Origin: Candidatus Babelota bacterium
GTDB lineage: Bacteria > Babelota > Babeliae > Babelales > Vermiphilaceae
Direction: 5' to 3'
DNA length: 32,000 nucleotides
Assembly (NCBI GenBank): GCA_039809905.1
Contig: JBDHVY010000001.1
Span: forward strand, 90,001-122,000
Below are positions 27,683-32,000 of this stretch, in pieces. The stretch's first letter is position 1, and every line of letters begins with the position of its first letter. The notes under the pieces were generated by a model. The model ran no database searches. It was not told the DNA's origin and saw only the letters and a list, made by a program, of their open reading frames with translations. The position numbers and the translations under genes are program-made.

Positions 27683-28435
27683 TTACTTTTTTTCGCTACC
27701 GGATAACAATTCTATCAATTCACTTGTTCCTATTTCACGCGCATAATCAAGTGCAGTTTTTTTTGCTAGATCCTTGATGTTTCGATCAATTGCCTTACAG
27801 CCCAAAAGCAGTTTTATTAATTTTTTACATCTTCCTAGAACAGCATAATGCAAAGACGTTCTTCCTTGGTAATCACCATTATTTACCGATGTTTTTGGAT
27901 TTCCTATAAGCAATTCTATAATTTTGAAATAATTATCTTTGTATGAACTATTCATTGCAAAATAGCCCTTGATAGCAGTATGAAGCGACGTATTATATGC
28001 TTCATTAAGAATATTTGGATTAGCACCAGCATCTAACAACGCTTTAGTTGCCGGAACTTTTGCTTGCGCAACAGCAAAACTAAGAGCTGTGCATCCATTT
28101 TTGTTTTCTATATCTTTGTTGGTTCTTGTATCAGCGCATAATACTTTTAAAATATCGGCATTATTTGCTCTTGCAGCCCAATGAATTAATGCATGTTCTT
28201 TTTGAGTTCCTTGTTCATTGGGATTTAATTTTTTACGTAACAGTAATCGTTCAATGGTCTCTGTTCCATGGGGGAGATTGTATAATGATTCAATAGCGCA
28301 TTGATCTTCTTTTTTAACAGCCTCGACAAGTTTTTCACAATAATCACTATCAGACATCGGATTAATCCGTGATAGCTGCGCGCTGAAAACCGAGGTAAAA
28401 GATATAATAGATAGCAGCACTAATAGAAAATTCAT
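27683..28435 (-). CDS. Exported ankyrin-repeat protein (track ORF extends to 28543; likely start at MNFLLVLLSIISFTSVFSA)
   Basis: AAGGA RBS before ATG 28435; ANK repeats EHALIHWAARANNADILKVL, NGCTALSFAVAQAKVPATKALLDAGANPN, QGRTSLHYAVLGRCKKLIKLLL. Confidence 0.9.
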   Translation of the reverse strand: MNFLLVLLSIISFTSVFSAQLSRINPMSDSDYCEKLVEAVKKEDQCAIESLYNLPHGTETIERLLLRKKLNPNEQGTQKEHALIHWAARANNADILKVLCADTRTNKDIENKNGCTALSFAVAQAKVPATKALLDAGANPNILNEAYNTSLHTAIKGYFAMNSSYKDNYFKIIELLIGNPKTSVNNGDYQGRTSLHYAVLGRCKKLIKLLLGCKAIDRNIKDLAKKTALDYAREIGTSELIELLSGSEKK

Positions 28436-28607
28436 ATTTGTCCTTCTTTTATGGTAAACATGCTCAACAAAAAATAATTTCGGCATACAATACCATATTT
28501 TTTTGATCATTGCATAAAAAAATATAACCACTGGACTGATCAAGCCATTCCCTATACACTAAAAATACAAGGTTAAATTACATACTAGCATTAAAGGTAG
28601 ATTACCA

Positions 28608-29321
28608 ATGGCAGGTCATAATAAATGGTCTCAAATTAAACATAAAAAAGCTAAAGAAGACGGCAAAAAATCTAAGATTTATACAAAAATCATTAAAGAA
28701 ATCACCATGACCGCTCGCGAAAACGGCGGCAATCCTGATCTTAATCCTCGCTTGCGACTCTTGCTTGAAAAAGGAAGAGAAGCAAACATGCCTATAGAAA
28801 ACGCTATACGCGCAATCAAAAAAGGCACAGGCGAACTTCCCGGAACTCAATACGAATCTTATACGTACGAAGGTTACGCACCGTATGGTATTGCAGTAAT
28901 GGTTGATGCAATAACTGATAACAAAAATCGTACTATTGCAGAGTTTCGTCGATTATTTTCTGAAAATGGTGGTAATTTAGGAGAATCGGGAACCGTTGGT
29001 TGGATGTTTGAAAAACTCGGCGCTGTTACTGCTACCGGAACTATTACCGAAGATGAGCTTCTTGAACATTTAATTGAATATGATATTAAAGATGTTCAGA
29101 TCAACGATGATTCATGTATCATACATTGCGATATTCGTGCTCTTGAATCAGTAAAAAATGCTATTGAAAAAGCAGGATTAAAGATCGAAAATTCAGGGCT
29201 TGAATGGGTTGCAAAAACAACCACTGAATTATCAGAAACTCAAACTGATAAAGTTCTTGAATTTTTATCAAAAATACAAGATCATGACGACGTAGAAAAT
29301 GTCTACACCAACTTGGGCTAA
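28608..29321 (+). CDS. yebC: YebC/PmpR (TACO1) family protein
   Basis: MAGHNKWSQIKHKKAKEDGKKSKIYTKIIKEITMTARENGGNPDLNPRLRLLLEKGREANMPIENAIRAIKKGTG is diagnostic. Confidence 0.97.
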   Translation: MAGHNKWSQIKHKKAKEDGKKSKIYTKIIKEITMTARENGGNPDLNPRLRLLLEKGREANMPIENAIRAIKKGTGELPGTQYESYTYEGYAPYGIAVMVDAITDNKNRTIAEFRRLFSENGGNLGESGTVGWMFEKLGAVTATGTITEDELLEHLIEYDIKDVQINDDSCIIHCDIRALESVKNAIEKAGLKIENSGLEWVAKTTTELSETQTDKVLEFLSKIQDHDDVENVYTNLG

Positions 29322-29379
29322 ATAATAGCAAGAATCACTATAATAAACTGAAAAACAGTATCTAAAACTTTCTAAATAT

Positions 29380-29413
29380 GGGGTCCCCAATCGACATATA
29401 ATAGAGATTGGGG
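29380..29413 (+). promoter_or_regulatory. Inverted-repeat element copy B with TATAAT centre, upstream of yicC
   Basis: GGGGT CCCCAATC gacaTATAATaga GATTGGGG; arms 29385-29392 / 29406-29413, TATAAT 29397-29402, about 30 bp before the yicC ATG. Confidence 0.45.
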
Positions 29414-29431
29414 CTAAAGGAAACAATCCTG

Positions 29432-30337
29432 ATGAAAAAATATACCATCACCAGCATGACAGGCTTTGCATCAAAAATATTTGTTTTAACAGCTCCATCA
29501 GGAGAACGTTCCACCGTTTCCATGAATTTAAAATCTCTCAATTCACGTTTTTTTGAAAGCACGGTAAAATTACCTATTGCATTATCACACTTGGAAACTA
29601 CTTTTACCAAACAATTCAAAGAAAGATTACGTCGAGGCCACGTTTATTTTACCGCGTATTTAAGCAACCCAAATATTTTTGAAGGTGCCATTACTCCCGC
29701 AATGACGATTATTGATAGCTACATTCAATCAATGAATCAGATCAAAACAAAATATCATTTTTCTGAAGATATTAAACTGGATAATGTTTTACGCTTGCCT
29801 AATATTTTCTCCAAAGAAGAACAGCAATTGGATGAAGAAACAACAAAGCTTATACAAGATGCTGCCGCTGATTTAATTGAAAAACTACTGCAAGAGAGAA
29901 CAACAGAAGGAAATTCATTAGCAATTGATCTTGATAACCGTATTGCTATTATACAAAAAGAAATGGCTCTTATTACCGAAAGAGCTCATGTATTTGTTGA
30001 AGAATCAAAAAAGAAAGTACATGCAACATTACAAGAAATTGGCGCTGATGAAAATTTGCTCGCTGACGCCCAAAAAAATGGCTTGTATGCTCTACTCAAT
30101 AAAATTGATATTCATGAAGAAATTACTCGTCTGAATAGTCATTTAGAAAATTTCGTAACTATTTTGCAGCAATCTGATATGGAAAAAGGCAAACGCCTTG
30201 ACTTTACCTTACAAGAATTAGGACGTGAAATTAATACGATTACGGCAAAATGCTCTGATTCAACAATTAGCACCCATGCGATTAACGTCAAAGTTGAAAT
30301 TGAGAAAATGCGTGAGCAGATTCAGAATATTGTATAA
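29432..30337 (+). CDS. yicC: YicC family endoribonuclease (track ORF starts at 29408; ATG 29432 preferred)
   Basis: TITSMTGFASK, NLKSLNSRFFESTVKLP, RGHVYFTAYLS, MEKGKRLDFTLQELGREINTITAKCSDSTISTHAINVKVEIEKMREQIQNI. Confidence 0.93.
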   Translation: MKKYTITSMTGFASKIFVLTAPSGERSTVSMNLKSLNSRFFESTVKLPIALSHLETTFTKQFKERLRRGHVYFTAYLSNPNIFEGAITPAMTIIDSYIQSMNQIKTKYHFSEDIKLDNVLRLPNIFSKEEQQLDEETTKLIQDAAADLIEKLLQERTTEGNSLAIDLDNRIAIIQKEMALITERAHVFVEESKKKVHATLQEIGADENLLADAQKNGLYALLNKIDIHEEITRLNSHLENFVTILQQSDMEKGKRLDFTLQELGREINTITAKCSDSTISTHAINVKVEIEKMREQIQNIV

Positions 30338-30404
30338 GTTGCTCACGCATTTTTAGATCAAATATTAATTGCTAACCTTGATTGTTCAATCACTAAAAAT
30401 ATTT

Positions 30405-31217
30405 TTAGTAAGAAAACCACCTTTGCCAAAAAGATTTTTTAGCTTCTTCTTGTCTGCGCGTTGCAGACTTTAAGTGCAGCTTTGGATATAATGCAGCATC
30501 ATTTAATTCTTCTTTTATATTTTTCATACTTTCTTGAAAAAAACTGGCGGGCAATTTGCTTTGCTTAATAAAAGCAACTTTATCTAAAAGAGTTTCTATT
30601 TTTTCTCTATAACTTTCAGCATCAAATGTAAGAATATCTCGTGGTTCATAGTCTTTAGGCTCCGAGAACAACCGTATCTCGTCTCCTAATTTCCTCAGCT
30701 CTGACATGATAGAGTTTACCTTATCTGCTAATAATCCAAACAAGCATTTGTTTAAATCGATTTTAATAAGTAATTTATCGGCATAAATATAAACTTTTAC
30801 TAGCTCTTCTAACGATGAATCAGTTATTTTTATATTGTTTTTGCATTTATTTATTATTTCAACAATTTTCTTAAATGTTTCAATATCCGACAGACCAATA
30901 AGGGGATCCGCTGTATCCGCTAAAGCACTTCTTATAGCTTCACTCCAGTCAACATCGTCCTGAGAAAAAATTTGACCGTGCTCGATGTTATTTATTTCAT
31001 AAATATAAACTTGATTTTCCTTTAATTCTGATCGAATTTTATTTTTTTTATAGTTAAGTATCGCACTTGATCTCTTGCTTAAATCCATACGAGACATGGG
31101 TCTTTGCAGTCTAGGAACCGTACTCATTCCATAAATATCGCAGGTAATACACATCATCAAGAATAATACCTTTATAGATATGACAACCTTATTTTTATTG
31201 TAATTATTCATTTTCAT
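30405..31217 (-). CDS. Exported hypothetical protein with possible BTB/Skp1-like segment
   Basis: 270 aa; hydrophobic N-terminus VVISIKVLFLMMCITCDIYG; IGLSDIETFKKIVEIINKCKNNIKITDSSLEELVKVYIYADKLLIKIDLNKCLFGLL. Confidence 0.7.
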   Translation of the reverse strand: MKMNNYNKNKVVISIKVLFLMMCITCDIYGMSTVPRLQRPMSRMDLSKRSSAILNYKKNKIRSELKENQVYIYEINNIEHGQIFSQDDVDWSEAIRSALADTADPLIGLSDIETFKKIVEIINKCKNNIKITDSSLEELVKVYIYADKLLIKIDLNKCLFGLLADKVNSIMSELRKLGDEIRLFSEPKDYEPRDILTFDAESYREKIETLLDKVAFIKQSKLPASFFQESMKNIKEELNDAALYPKLHLKSATRRQEEAKKSFWQRWFSY

Positions 31218-31338
31218 ACAAAATCCCTACTTTTTATCGACATTATTAAATTTTATTAATATCACTAATACTATATCATTGTTTATTTTATATTTGCAAC
31301 AATTAACCTAAGGGCACTATTGATATAATATCAATAAA

Positions 31339-31699
31339 GAAATGGTTATCATTGCTGAAAGAGCTCATGTATTTGTTGAAGAATCAAAAAAGAAAGTACA
31401 TGCAACATTACAAGAAATTGGCGCGGATGAAAATTTGCTCGCGCATTTACTCCATGCTCAATAAAATTGATATTCATGAAGAAATTACTCGTCTGAATAG
31501 TCATTTAGAAAATTTCGTAACTATTTTGCAGTAATCTGATATGGAAAAAGGCAAACGCCTTGACTTTACCTTGCAAGAATTAGGGCGTGAAATTAATACT
31601 ATTACGGCAAAATGCTCGGATTCAACCATTAGTTCTCATGCAATCAATGTTAAAGTTGAGATCGAGAAAATGCGCGAGCAAATTCAAAACATTGTATAA
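31339..31699 (+). pseudogene. 5'-truncated, frameshifted second copy of the yicC 3' end
   Basis: Near-identical to about 29960-30337: GAAAGAGCTCATGTATTTGTTGAAGAATCAAAAAAGAAAGTACATGCAACATTACAAGAAATTGGCGC shared; 17-nt net deletion; CAA to TAA stop; ends GTATAA at 31699. Confidence 0.92.
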
Positions 31700-31713
31700 T
31701 TCTATTCGTTTCT

Positions 31714-31820
31714 GTAAATGGGGACCTCTTCCTTCGACCCGTCCTTCGCCAAGGCTTCGAAGGGCAAGCAAGCGTTTACTACTGAGCATGGTCGAAGTAT
31801 CAGGACGAGTGGGAATTTAC
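31714..31820. repeat. Nested palindromic, MITE-like or REP-like intergenic element
   Basis: Ends GTAAAT (31714-31719) / ATTTAC (31815-31820); CTTCGACC (31732-31739) / GGTCGAAG (31790-31797); inner CCTTCG (31743-31748) / CGAAGG (31758-31763). Confidence 0.6.
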
Positions 31821-31960
31821 GGAGTTGGGGTAAAGCACATTCAAAATATTATCTAAAATTCCTTTTTCTTTCAGCATAATCAGACTATTCAACCTCATTG
31901 ACCTATGAACAAAAAAACCTTATTCTTTTTGTATACCCTGTTACATAATTAAAGGATATC

Positions 31961-32000
31961 ATGAAGTTTTTTTCAACTATTAGCTCATTACCAGTTATTT
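31961..32000 (+). CDS. 5' end of a CDS cut by the right edge
   Basis: AAAGGA RBS, then ATGAAGTTTTTTTCAACTATTAGC... (MKFFSTISSLPVI); spacing is typical but only 13 codons are visible. Confidence 0.5.
   Translation, partial: MKFFSTISSLPVI

Noticed and set aside
31352-31534. 60-aa ORF MLKELMYLLKNQKRKYMQHYKKLARMKICS...
   Set aside because: Out-of-frame reading of the yicC remnant; the same artefact (69 aa) appears inside yicC at 29925-30134.
31587-31856. 89-aa ORF crossing the remnant and the palindromic element
   Set aside because: Composed of out-of-frame pseudogene and repeat sequence; no independent coding evidence.
31845-31860. Short similarity TATCTAAAA between the yicC upstream region (29359-29367) and the flank of the palindromic element
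   Set aside because: Too short and AT-rich to be meaningful.
1-32000. Search for CRISPR arrays, transposases, integrases, toxin-antitoxin, restriction or retron-like systems
   Set aside because: No array periodicity or recognisable protein motifs of these systems in the supplied ORFs or in the intergenic regions I read.

Overview
This AT-rich window looks like part of a 'Candidatus Dependentiae' (TM6 / Babeliales)-type intracellular bacterium. That placement is inferred from gene content and was not tested. Housekeeping genes recognisable from protein sequence are rplU (L21), mutS, uvrA, a rodA/ftsW-type SEDS gene, ruvB, a yebC/TACO1-family gene and yicC, plus tRNA-His(GTG) and tRNA-Pro(TGG). 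Between them lies an accessory set whose members mostly have predicted signal peptides. It comprises three or four WD40/beta-propeller proteins (one cut by the left edge, not in the supplied ORF track), several helical unknowns, an ankyrin protein, a peptidase G1 (eqolisin-like) homologue, a tandem paralogue trio and a possible DUF218-like protein. The observations I rate highest are: (1) exported proteins pairing a divergent Skp1/BTB-like N-terminal region with a WD40 propeller and a shared C-terminal helical module, with weaker Skp1/BTB-like segments in two stand-alone exported proteins; (2) a truncated, frameshifted second copy of the yicC 3' end beyond an inserted exported-protein gene, with a mosaic divergence pattern suggesting recombination or gene conversion; (3) a dispersed short inverted-repeat family (CCCCAwwy-N13-rwwTGGGG) upstream of several genes, with arm covariation and, in two copies, TATAAT in the centre; (4) a compact nested palindromic element at about 31714-31820. 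I found no CRISPR array, transposase or recognisable defence system.
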